From Actinobacteria bacterium UBA7524 (GTDB lineage Bacteria; Actinomycetota; Coriobacteriia; Anaerosomatales; UBA912), in the NCBI GenBank assembly GCA_002478275.1, contig DLMY01000024.1:1-52933 (forward strand): a stretch of DNA of 52,933 nt. Reading direction: 5' to 3'. A model generated the notes under the pieces. That model saw nothing but the letters and a program-made list of their open reading frames with translations. It was not told the origin of the DNA and searched no databases. Each line of letters opens with the position of its first letter. Within the stretch, counting starts at the first letter, position 1. Shown piece by piece: positions 10,054 to 18,396 of this stretch. The translations under genes were made by a program, and so were the position numbers.

Positions 10054-10329
10054 ATGCAGACACCTGCCGTCCTGACCGTACTCGGCGAAGACCGCATCGG
10101 CATCGTCGCGGGCATCACCGACGTACTCGCCCGCGCAAGCGCCAACATCGAGGACATCCGCCAGACCATCATCGGCGGCATCTTCTCGATGACCATGCTC
10201 GTGACCGTCGACGAGGACGTCACCCCCTTCGACACCCTCCAGACGCAACTCGACGAGGCCGGTCAGCGCATCGGCGTGCAAGTCACACTGCAACGCGAGG
10301 ACGTCTTCCGCTTCATGCACCGCATCTGA
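10054..10329 (+). CDS. ACT-domain protein (UPF0237)
   Basis: [15 protein letters not shown]...NIEDIRQTI...[22 protein letters not shown]. Confidence 0.9.
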   Translation: MQTPAVLTVLGEDRIGIVAGITDVLARASANIEDIRQTIIGGIFSMTMLVTVDEDVTPFDTLQTQLDEAGQRIGVQVTLQREDVFRFMHRI

Positions 10330-10354
10330 TCCGCCGAGGAGACCCGGAGACATC

Positions 10355-11719
10355 ATGCACATCACCCCCGAGGAGGTCGTCGAAACCCTGCTGATGATCA
10401 CCCAGCAGAATCTCGACATCCGAACGGTCACGCTGGGCCTGGCGCTGGATTCATGCGCCGACACCGACGCGGAGAAGGTCGCCGCCAAGGTCTACGAGAA
10501 GGTGGCCTCCAGCGCGAGCGAGCTCGTCCCGGTGGCAGAAGCGATCGAGCGGGAGTACGGCATCCCCATCGTGAACCGGCGAATCTCCGTCACGCCCGTG
10601 GCCCAGCTCGCGGCTGCCTGCGCATGTGGTGACATCACGGCAGTCGCACGCGCGCTGGACCGCGCCGCTGCGGAGGTAGGCGTGGACTTCATCGGAGGCT
10701 ACTCGGCGCTCGTGCACAAGGGCATCGGCGAAGGTGACCGGCTGCTGATCGACTCCATACCGCAAGCGCTCGCACAGACCGAACGCGTGTGCAGCTCGGT
10801 CAACGTCGCCTCGACCCGCGCGGGCATCAACATGGATGCCGTGTCGCGAATGGCCGCGGTCGTCCGCGAGACCGCGGAAGCAACGGCTGACAACGGCTCG
10901 TTCGGCTGCGGCAAGCTCGTGGTGTTCGCGAACATGGTCGAGGACAACCCGTTCATGGCCGGCGCCGTGCACGGTGCCGGTGAGGCCGATGCCGTCATCA
11001 ATGTGGGGATCTCAGGTCCCGGCGTGGTCCGCGCGGTCGTCGAATCGCTCTCCGAGACGGCCGATCTGACCGAGGTGGCGGAAGCCATCAAGGCGACGGC
11101 GTTCAAGATAACCCGGGCAGGAGAACTCATTGCGCGGGAAGCCGCCCGTCGTCTCGGCGCCGACATGGGGATAGTCGACCTCTCGCTGGCGCCTACACCC
11201 GCTGAGGGGGACAGCGTCGCGGCCATCATCGAGGCGATCGGTGTGAAGCGATGTGGTGGACCAGGCACCACCACAGCACTCGCCCTGCTCAACGATGCGG
11301 TCAAGAAGGGTGGTGCGATGGGGACCTCGAGCATCGGGGGGCTTTCCGGCGCGTTCATCCCCGTCTCCGAAGACGCGGGCATGATCCGGGCCGTCCAGGA
11401 GGGCGCACTGACGCTTGAGAAGCTCGAGGCGATGACAAGCGTGTGTTCGGTGGGTCTCGACATGATCGCCATCCCCGGCGATACCCCACAGGAGACCATC
11501 GCGGCCATCATCGCCGACGCGTGCGCGATCGGGGTGATAAACCACAAGACGACCGCGACACGTCTCATACCGGTGATCGGCAAGACCGTCGGAGACAGCG
11601 TAGAGTACGGGGGCCTGTTCGGCACCGCACCCGTCATGGCGGTCAACGAGTGGGCCGGCACGCGCCTGATCCGACGGGGCGGACGCTTCCCTGCGCCTCT
11701 GGGCTCGCTGCGCAACTAG
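10355..11719 (+). CDS. PFL-like family protein (UPF0210/DUF711)
   Basis: [53 protein letters not shown] and GGRFPAP motifs; the usual partner of the ACT gene. Confidence 0.93.
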   Translation: MHITPEEVVETLLMITQQNLDIRTVTLGLALDSCADTDAEKVAAKVYEKVASSASELVPVAEAIEREYGIPIVNRRISVTPVAQLAAACACGDITAVARALDRAAAEVGVDFIGGYSALVHKGIGEGDRLLIDSIPQALAQTERVCSSVNVASTRAGINMDAVSRMAAVVRETAEATADNGSFGCGKLVVFANMVEDNPFMAGAVHGAGEADAVINVGISGPGVVRAVVESLSETADLTEVAEAIKATAFKITRAGELIAREAARRLGADMGIVDLSLAPTPAEGDSVAAIIEAIGVKRCGGPGTTTALALLNDAVKKGGAMGTSSIGGLSGAFIPVSEDAGMIRAVQEGALTLEKLEAMTSVCSVGLDMIAIPGDTPQETIAAIIADACAIGVINHKTTATRLIPVIGKTVGDSVEYGGLFGTAPVMAVNEWAGTRLIRRGGRFPAPLGSLRN

Positions 11720-11823
11720 GTGCCCTGCCAGCGATGGTGTAGTCGCGCCTGCCGACGGACGATACAATCTAACGAGACGGTCTTGTGGTTGAAGGACCGC
11801 GACCCAGCACGACAGGACGAGTC

Positions 11824-12630
11824 ATGCTCGCATCACCACTAGCCAATCCGAGCCACCGGTCACCCTCGCGAGCATCGATCGCGCTACTCCTGCTGTGCCT
11901 CCTGATACTGCTGCCCGCCACGTCTGTACACGCAGTGAGCGCCCAAGGGCGCGTCAGCGTCACACTGGGCAACGCCGACACGCTTGCGACGACGGCGTAC
12001 ACGATCGGCAACTTCCGAACCGGCAATGGTGAGACCGTGACCGGATACACGGTGAGCTTCCCCGCCGGACCAGACGTCTCGGGCGCGACGTCCGCGGGGA
12101 CAGGAGACATCGTGTCCTATCCGGCGGCAAACGCGGTGCGCGTCGAGCTCGGGACAACGATACCGCAGCGCACCACGTTCCAGATCGCGCTGGGTAACGT
12201 GATCAACCCGTCGACCGCAGGCGAATACCAGCTCGTCCAGATCGTGTTCCACCGCAACGCCGGGAACGAGACGTTCACGATGGGAGCGCGCGACGGCCTG
12301 TTCACGATCACTGCCGCACCCTTCTTGCTGCTCACGATAGAGACTCCCGACGGTTCAAGCGCGGTCGACTTCGGAGACGTCTATCCCGGCATCCCGACCG
12401 ACAGTATCGAGATCACCTTGACCGTCCAGTCATCGGACTCCTACACCATCACGCGCACCTTGGGTGGCGATGCCGCCGCACTAGGACTGATCGCAACGGG
12501 CGTTCCGGAAGACCTGCGGTCCGCCGGCACAACGGTCTACGTCGATTCGCTGACACTGGAGCCCCCGTGGGAGACCACTCCTGAGATTCCCTACACGGCA
12601 ACCGTGGACTATGCAGTCGTACAACAGTAG
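11824..12630 (+). CDS. Secreted two-domain beta protein with C-terminal pilin/WxL-like domain (putative tip adhesin)
   Basis: Sec signal peptide (…ALLLLCLLILLPATSVHA), Thr/Gly-rich beta domain, and a C-terminal ~105 aa that resembles the downstream 150-aa protein. Confidence 0.6.
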   Translation: MLASPLANPSHRSPSRASIALLLLCLLILLPATSVHAVSAQGRVSVTLGNADTLATTAYTIGNFRTGNGETVTGYTVSFPAGPDVSGATSAGTGDIVSYPAANAVRVELGTTIPQRTTFQIALGNVINPSTAGEYQLVQIVFHRNAGNETFTMGARDGLFTITAAPFLLLTIETPDGSSAVDFGDVYPGIPTDSIEITLTVQSSDSYTITRTLGGDAAALGLIATGVPEDLRSAGTTVYVDSLTLEPPWETTPEIPYTATVDYAVVQQ

Positions 12631-12742
12631 TATGCAGGCCGCGGCGACCGTTCGTCCACGCCTTCTTCCTTAACGTGTATGGCGCTTATCCTCACCATGC
12701 GTTCGTTTGTCCTGCTAGATTGGCTCCAGAATACAAGTATTT

Positions 12743-12773
12743 GCCGCTTATCGGCTGACAATGTCCGTTCATC
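12743..12773 (+). promoter_or_regulatory. Putative LytTR-binding direct repeat
   Basis: GCCGCTTATC (12743) and TCCGTTCATC (12764) are 21 bp apart. Further copies: ACCGTTCGTC (12647), GGCGCTTATC (12681), TGCGTTCGTT (12698). These fit the 9-bp repeat plus 12-bp spacer LytTR pattern. Confidence 0.6.
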
Positions 12774-12883
12774 AAAGTGCTATTGTGTCCCGTATCACAC
12801 CGCCCGATACACCCAATAGGCGCAACGCCGGGTTCGCCTCCGGCTAGAGGAGAGATTCCCCCGGAAGGAGAAGGAGAGCTGCA

Positions 12884-13336
12884 ATGAAGAAGACGTTGAT
12901 TATCGCAGTAGTGGTGGTGGCACTCGTGCTGGGTGTTGTGGCCTACGCGATCGCCGCCGACCCGCCCGTCACGGTCACGGCGAAGGTCAATCCGAAGTTC
13001 GAGCTCACGCTTGACGACAACGTGTTCACGTATGCCGATGACTATCCACTCGGCCTCGATCCCGGAGCAAGCTACACGATTGCTGGACCTGAGGTCACCG
13101 TGAAGTCCAACAAGACGTGGTCATGGACCGAAGGTGTTGTGACCGTGGCTCCCGACGATGCACTGGTGCTCGGCAAGCAGAGCCAGTACAAGATCGACTC
13201 CCAGGGCGCAGAGGGTGCCAAGGGTGTCGTGGTGATGGACTACACCTACGGCCTGGACCTGACGGCAGACGACTCCTGGGAGATCGATCCCAACGACTAC
13301 GTGTTCACCTACCCCTACACCGCACTGCAGGACTAG
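12884..13336 (+). CDS. Small secreted pilin/WxL-like protein (putative major fibre subunit)
   Basis: Signal peptide MKKTLII…AYAIA, then an alternating N-terminal strand VTVTAKV and C-terminal YVFTYPYTALQD. Strong RBS (AAGGAG) and own terminator. Confidence 0.65.
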   Translation: MKKTLIIAVVVVALVLGVVAYAIAADPPVTVTAKVNPKFELTLDDNVFTYADDYPLGLDPGASYTIAGPEVTVKSNKTWSWTEGVVTVAPDDALVLGKQSQYKIDSQGAEGAKGVVVMDYTYGLDLTADDSWEIDPNDYVFTYPYTALQD

Positions 13337-13360
13337 TACTACAGGCACTCACACGGATGC

Positions 13361-13390
13361 AGAAAGGGCGCCCCGCAGGGCGCCCTTTCT
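13361..13390. terminator. Bidirectional intrinsic terminator
   Basis: Perfect 13-bp stem AGAAAGGGCGCCC-cgca-GGGCGCCCTTTCT between convergent genes. Confidence 0.85.
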
Positions 13391-13417
13391 CGTTGCCTGA
13401 ACTCCGCCCTGGCGGGT

Positions 13418-14533
13418 TCACTCCCTCGCGTCATCGGGGATCACGTCCTCGAACGTGACCTCCGCCTCATCGATATCAAGGACCTGCGTCTCAGCCTCGG
13501 GCTCGCGCGCCTCCTCCCGCTCGCTACGACGCGCCGCTACACGCCTGGATCCGCGCGTCGACACACGGTAGACGACGTAGAGCACCGGCAGTGCGAGGAT
13601 CACGATCACGACGATGATGATCCATAGCGGGATCACCCAGATCGAGCGCTCCACGGTATCCGAAGCATCTTCGAAAGTCCCCTGGGCGTCACCCAGCTCC
13701 CGCTGGTACTCGACGATACCGCGAAGGGTGTACTTGCCGAAGCCGACACCTTCGAAGTTGAGTCCGCCGCCGTATGTGCGGTCATCACCTGCATACAGGT
13801 TGACGTCCGCCTCCAGCTCGTCGGTCCAAACCACCTCTTCGCCCTCGCCCACCAGAGCGAGACCGGTCGTGATCTTGTTGTCGATGTTCCCTGTGTTCCG
13901 GACCCTCAGGTCGAACTCGGTCTTGTTCGTCCATGCGAACTGGGAAGCCAACAACGGGCCGATCTCGACCTTGTCTACGATGTCTCCGACCACCCTCAAG
14001 TCGATACGGCTACCGATGCGGCCCTGCGCCCTGGAAACCGCCCCACCGCCACCCACCTCGGCGAAGTCGAACATCTCGAAGAAGATGGCCGCATTGTAGT
14101 CACCCGGTGCGGCCCCTGGCGGGACGACCACCTCGAACTTGACGGGGAATTCCTCACCCGGAGCTATCTCGAGATACGGTGTGTTCGCGACCACCTTGGT
14201 CGCATCGGGAATCTCCAGTCTGATCCAGGACGCAGCGCTACTCAGGTAGTTGTCGGCGCCTGGAGCCGGACGCACATAGTCCTGCTTGCCCTCTTCGTCC
14301 GCGACGATGTCGGCTGTATAGATAAGCGCCATGAACGGCTCATCGCCGTTGTTCGCGACCATCACCAGATCGGATGCCGATTGCCCGGGCGCCAACGACG
14401 GCTCGAACGTGCCACTGCTCAAGCCGATGGTGCGCTCCGCAAAGGCGGAAGACGGAACAACCAGGCCAACGCACAGCGCAAGAGACACGATGGCTATCCA
14501 CGCCCCCCGCTTCCGCACACGATCGCCGATCAT
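13418..14533 (-). CDS. DUF916/WxL-interacting-like, PapD-chaperone-like two-Ig-domain protein with C-terminal membrane anchor
   Basis: Signal peptide (…PSSAFA); domain 1 LAPGQS..VANNGD…SWI…IAPGEE..VKFEVVVPPGAAPGDY.AAI; domain 2 VRNTGN…GKYTL; TM helix WVIPLWIIIVVIVILALPVL and a basic/acidic cytoplasmic tail. Confidence 0.7.
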   Translation of the reverse strand: MIGDRVRKRGAWIAIVSLALCVGLVVPSSAFAERTIGLSSGTFEPSLAPGQSASDLVMVANNGDEPFMALIYTADIVADEEGKQDYVRPAPGADNYLSSAASWIRLEIPDATKVVANTPYLEIAPGEEFPVKFEVVVPPGAAPGDYNAAIFFEMFDFAEVGGGGAVSRAQGRIGSRIDLRVVGDIVDKVEIGPLLASQFAWTNKTEFDLRVRNTGNIDNKITTGLALVGEGEEVVWTDELEADVNLYAGDDRTYGGGLNFEGVGFGKYTLRGIVEYQRELGDAQGTFEDASDTVERSIWVIPLWIIIVVIVILALPVLYVVYRVSTRGSRRVAARRSEREEAREPEAETQVLDIDEAEVTFEDVIPDDARE

Positions 14534-15288
14534 ATTCCTACCGCCTCTCGGAACTGGCGCGCCTGCCGACGCGCGACCGGGATATGAGTCTCGTCACGGT
14601 CTCCGGCGACCACGACGTTAGCACCGTCCACCCTCAGGATCTCCTTGATCTTGTTCAGGTTGACCATGTAGGACCGGTGGACCCTGACGAAGCTCTCCTT
14701 CGACAGTCGGCACTCGAGCTCGCCCAAGGTCATGTCAACCAGGTACTGGTTCTCGAAGGTGTGAGCGTACGTCGACTTGTTACGCGCAGACAGGAAGACG
14801 ATGTCTTCGATGGACAACAGCACGGTACGGCCACCCTTGCGGACCGCCAGCTTGCGGAAGTCGCTCTCGGACACGGAGGTCGTCTCCCCGAGTGCCTTTC
14901 GTCGGCCCTTGGCCAGGCTCTCGACCCGAGCGGCGAGTTCCAGGATGTTGAATGGCTTCGTCACGTACTGCTGGACGCCCTGTTTGAAGGCGAGGATCTT
15001 GGCCAGGTCCTGCGTCTTGGCGCTGAGCATGATGACGGGAAGGTCGGCGGTGACCGGGTTGTTCCTGATCTCCATCAAGGCCATCCAGCCATCGACACGC
15101 GGCATCATGATGTCGAGTACCACGACATCGACGGGTTCGCGCCCCAGGACCTCGATCCCCTCGGCGCCGTCCCCGGCGCCGAACACCTTCATCCCGTCGG
15201 CCTCAAGCCCCATCTTGATCATCTCGACGATGGATTCATCGTCGTCGATGACAAGAACGCTTATCTCATCCGCCATCGGCACCGCCAT
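14530..15288 (-). CDS. Response regulator, REC + LytTR DNA-binding domain (orphan)
   Basis: VLVIDDD, LDIMMPRVDG, MLSAK and YVTKPF, then LytTR FVRVHRSYMVNLNKI and IPVARR. Its stop overlaps the DUF916-like start (ATGA). The start may be 15276. Confidence 0.92.
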   Translation of the reverse strand: MAVPMADEISVLVIDDDESIVEMIKMGLEADGMKVFGAGDGAEGIEVLGREPVDVVVLDIMMPRVDGWMALMEIRNNPVTADLPVIMLSAKTQDLAKILAFKQGVQQYVTKPFNILELAARVESLAKGRRKALGETTSVSESDFRKLAVRKGGRTVLLSIEDIVFLSARNKSTYAHTFENQYLVDMTLGELECRLSKESFVRVHRSYMVNLNKIKEILRVDGANVVVAGDRDETHIPVARRQARQFREAVGI

Positions 15289-15397
15289 CCAGTCGCGGAC
15301 GAACGGCGATCATGCCGTTCATCTCCCCAGTCCGCCACTGAGTATAGCGCATGAACCGTCGGGTAGGACTACCGGGCCGTGCGGCAGGTTGCGGCGC

Positions 15398-15847
15398 TCA
15401 GCGCCTCGCCCCCAGGGGGCGCTGCGGGTCCCCAAGTCGCAGACCCGTCTCGACGACCGATTCCAGTGTCGTCTCGCCAAGATAGGACTCAATGCGGGCG
15501 TCGAGCACGTTCCATACCACCTGGTGATACGGACACGATCCCTCGCGCTCGCAGACGGCCATCTCTCCTGTGCAGAGTGCTAAGGAGGCAGGCTCGTCCA
15601 TAGCCCGGAACACATCCAGAAGGCTGATCGCCGATGCGGGACGCGCGAGTTCGACGCCTCCGTGGACGCCCCGGCGCGACTTCAGCAGTCCGGCGGAGAC
15701 AAGCGAAGCGGCGATGCCTCGTGCGTAGTCATAGGGGATACCGGCTGCTTCCGACAGTTGCCTGACGGTAGCCCGCCTCTGGGGACGCGCTCTGGCAAGC
15801 TCGTAGATGAGCCTCATCGCGTAGTCGGTGCGCCACGTGATCGCCAC
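15398..15847 (-). CDS. Rrf2-family transcriptional regulator (Fe-S type)
   Basis: TDYAMR, LKSRRGVHGG.ELARP..ISLLDV, and C-x6-C-x5-C-x2-H. Confidence 0.9.
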   Translation of the reverse strand: MAITWRTDYAMRLIYELARARPQRRATVRQLSEAAGIPYDYARGIAASLVSAGLLKSRRGVHGGVELARPASAISLLDVFRAMDEPASLALCTGEMAVCEREGSCPYHQVVWNVLDARIESYLGETTLESVVETGLRLGDPQRPLGARR

Positions 15848-16017
15848 GGAAAACGCCCTTCGTCAGAAAATTCTTACAGGCGACACGCCCCGTATCATCG
15901 CAAGAGAACGCCGCGCCGTCCAGTCCAGAGTAGCAGGTAGCGCGCCGCACCCTCATCAGGCCGCTCGGCAAGAACTCTCAAGCGGCTTCTATCATCGAGT
16001 CCTCTGTACCCCGGACA

Positions 16018-17478
16018 TCACCGTTCCCGCAGGTAGCGGTCCATAGCGATAGCCGATTTCTTGCCCGCGCCCATCGCCAGGATCACGGTCGCAGCTCCGG
16101 TGACGATGTCTCCGCCAGCGAACACACCGGGCTTGCTCGTGGCCCCATCTTCATCCGTCAGGATGTAACCCCGATGCGACAATTCGAGATCGGGAGCCGC
16201 ATTTGCGAGCAGCGGATTGGCCCTGGTGCCGACCGCCATGATGACCGTATCGCAGTCGATCGTGAATTCCGAGTCCATCACGCAGACTGGGGCTCGCCTT
16301 CCGCTCGAATCCGGCTCACCCAGCTCCATGCGGGTGGCAGTGATACCCGTGACGAAGCCTTCATGGCCCACGATCTCCGTGGGCGAGCAGAGCATCTTGA
16401 ACTCGACACCCTCTTCTCTGGCGTGGTGTACCTCCTCGCGACGCGCAGGCATCTCGTCCTCGGTCCTGCGGTAGACGAGGAACACCTCGTCAGCGCCCAG
16501 CCTCAACGCGGTACGCGCGGAGTCCATCGCTACGTTCCCTCCACCGACGACAGCGACCTTGCGACCACGCCATACCGGTGTATCCGATGTAGGGAACTCG
16601 TAGGCACGCATCAGGTTCACACGGGTGAGAAACTCGTTGGCGGAGTACACGCCATTGAGGTTCTCGCCCGGAATCCCCATGAACACGGGCAGGCCGGCGC
16701 CCGACCCGATGAACACCGCGTCGAAGCCTTCCTCGGAGAACAACTCGTCGACGGTCACGCTCGCCCCGACTACCACGTCGCATTCGATCTTCACACCCAT
16801 CTGAGAAAGCGAGTCGATCTCCGCCTCGACGATGTGCTTGGGTAGCCGGAACTCGGGGATGCCATAGGTCAGCACCCCGCCGGTGGCGTGCAGGGACTCG
16901 AATACGGTGACTTCATGTCCCATGCGGGCAAGCTCACCGGCACAGGCCAGCCCAGCAGGGCCGGAACCGACAATCGCGCACCGCAGACCGGTCGGTTCGC
17001 CTATCTCCGGCTTGCAGCGGCCGTCGAGCTCACACGCCAGGTCGAAGTCGCCCAACCAGCGCTCGAGCCTGCCGATCGCGACCGGCTCGCCCTTCTTCGC
17101 CAGTACGCAGACCGCTTCGCACTGTTCTTCCTGCGGGCAGACGCGGCCACAGATCGCCGGTAGAGCGTTTCGCTCCTTGAGCACGGCGACCCCGTCGGCG
17201 TACTCTCCGTCGATGATGTGGCCGATGAACGACTTGATGTCGATGTTGACCGGGCAGCCTGCGATGCACGTCGCGTTCTTGCACTGCAGGCAACGGGCGG
17301 CTTCCGCACGAGCCTGCTCCTCGGTGTAGCCCAGAGCGACCTCGTCGAAGTCGGTGGCGCGTTCCGCCGCGTTCCTCTCCGGCATCGCCGTGCGCGGTGC
17401 GCGCGACGGCTTGTGACGCGGCTTGTCCTGCACGGGCGCTGCTTCGCCGGCGGACCTGCTGTCATCTACTGATGGCAT
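16018..17478 (-). CDS. nfnB: NfnB/SudA-type (GltD-like) flavoprotein, large subunit of electron-bifurcating transhydrogenase
   Basis: CLQC...CIAGCPV, CGRVCPQEEQCE, GSGPAGL, GGGNVAMD and GDIVTGAATVILAMGAG motifs; directly follows nfnA. Confidence 0.88.
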   Translation of the reverse strand: MPSVDDSRSAGEAAPVQDKPRHKPSRAPRTAMPERNAAERATDFDEVALGYTEEQARAEAARCLQCKNATCIAGCPVNIDIKSFIGHIIDGEYADGVAVLKERNALPAICGRVCPQEEQCEAVCVLAKKGEPVAIGRLERWLGDFDLACELDGRCKPEIGEPTGLRCAIVGSGPAGLACAGELARMGHEVTVFESLHATGGVLTYGIPEFRLPKHIVEAEIDSLSQMGVKIECDVVVGASVTVDELFSEEGFDAVFIGSGAGLPVFMGIPGENLNGVYSANEFLTRVNLMRAYEFPTSDTPVWRGRKVAVVGGGNVAMDSARTALRLGADEVFLVYRRTEDEMPARREEVHHAREEGVEFKMLCSPTEIVGHEGFVTGITATRMELGEPDSSGRRAPVCVMDSEFTIDCDTVIMAVGTRANPLLANAAPDLELSHRGYILTDEDGATSKPGVFAGGDIVTGAATVILAMGAGKKSAIAMDRYLRER

Positions 17479-18305
17479 GAGCACCCCCTGGAGTAGTCGG
17501 CGTCAGCCACACGCTCATCATCCACATAGACCCGCTGGCGGCTCATCAGTTCCTCGAAATCAACCGTCCAGCCGTCGAAGTCGGGGCCGTCGACGCAACC
17601 GAACTTGGTTTCGCCGTCCACCGACACGCGACACGCGCCGCACATACCTGTGCCGTCCACCATTATCGGGTTGAGTGATACCGTGCACGGTACCCCATGC
17701 TCCTTCGCGGTCGCCGCACAGAACTTCATCATGATCGCCGGGCCGATCGCCATGGCGTGATCGAGCGCCCCGGCCTCGGACATGCGCTTGAGCGGTGCGG
17801 TCACGAGGCCCTTCTCACCAGCCGAGCCGTCATCGGTCACCACGATGAGCTCCTTGAGCGCCAGGGCCTCGAACTCCTCGCGCAGGATGAGCAGGTCCTC
17901 GTTGCGGGCACCCAGGACCACCGTGACCTCGTTGCCGGCGTCGACCATCGCACGGGCGACCGGATAGGCCACCGCCGCACCGACGCCACCACCGATAACC
18001 GCGATACGGCCGACGTCTTCGACATGCGTCGGCACGCCCAGCGGCCCGACGACATCGGCGAGCGAATCGCCGACCTCCAGATGGGAGAGCTCATGCGAGG
18101 TCTTACCGACCCGCATGAAGATGAAACGCACCCAGCCTTCCTCGGCGGACCAGTCCGAGAAGGTGAACGGCACGCGCTCGCCACCCTCGCCTGTACGCAC
18201 GATCAGGAACTGGCCCGCGCGCACCTTGCGAGCGATGCGCGGCGCCTGTACCCCGAGCTCGAACACTGACTCGGAGAGCTGTCGTTTATGGATGATCGGG
18301 AACAC
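17466..18305 (-). CDS. nfnA: NfnA/SudB-type ferredoxin-NADP reductase small subunit
   Basis: AGQFLIVR, ERVPFT, GPLG, GGGVG and SLNPIMVDGTGMCGACRV...CVDGPDFD. GTG start at 18305. Confidence 0.88.
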   Translation of the reverse strand: MFPIIHKRQLSESVFELGVQAPRIARKVRAGQFLIVRTGEGGERVPFTFSDWSAEEGWVRFIFMRVGKTSHELSHLEVGDSLADVVGPLGVPTHVEDVGRIAVIGGGVGAAVAYPVARAMVDAGNEVTVVLGARNEDLLILREEFEALALKELIVVTDDGSAGEKGLVTAPLKRMSEAGALDHAMAIGPAIMMKFCAATAKEHGVPCTVSLNPIMVDGTGMCGACRVSVDGETKFGCVDGPDFDGWTVDFEELMSRQRVYVDDERVADADYSRGCSCHQ

Positions 18306-18396
18306 GGATGATACCCCCGCCTGCCGGTAACGGATACGAGACACAGAAGTATACTAGCCGAGGAACCCCGTCGCACCCATCGGATCGGAGCGATTC

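Noticed and set aside
15940..15985. Hammerhead ribozyme (CTGATGAG on the minus strand next to a hairpin)
   Set aside because: No downstream GAAA core or stem II could be found.
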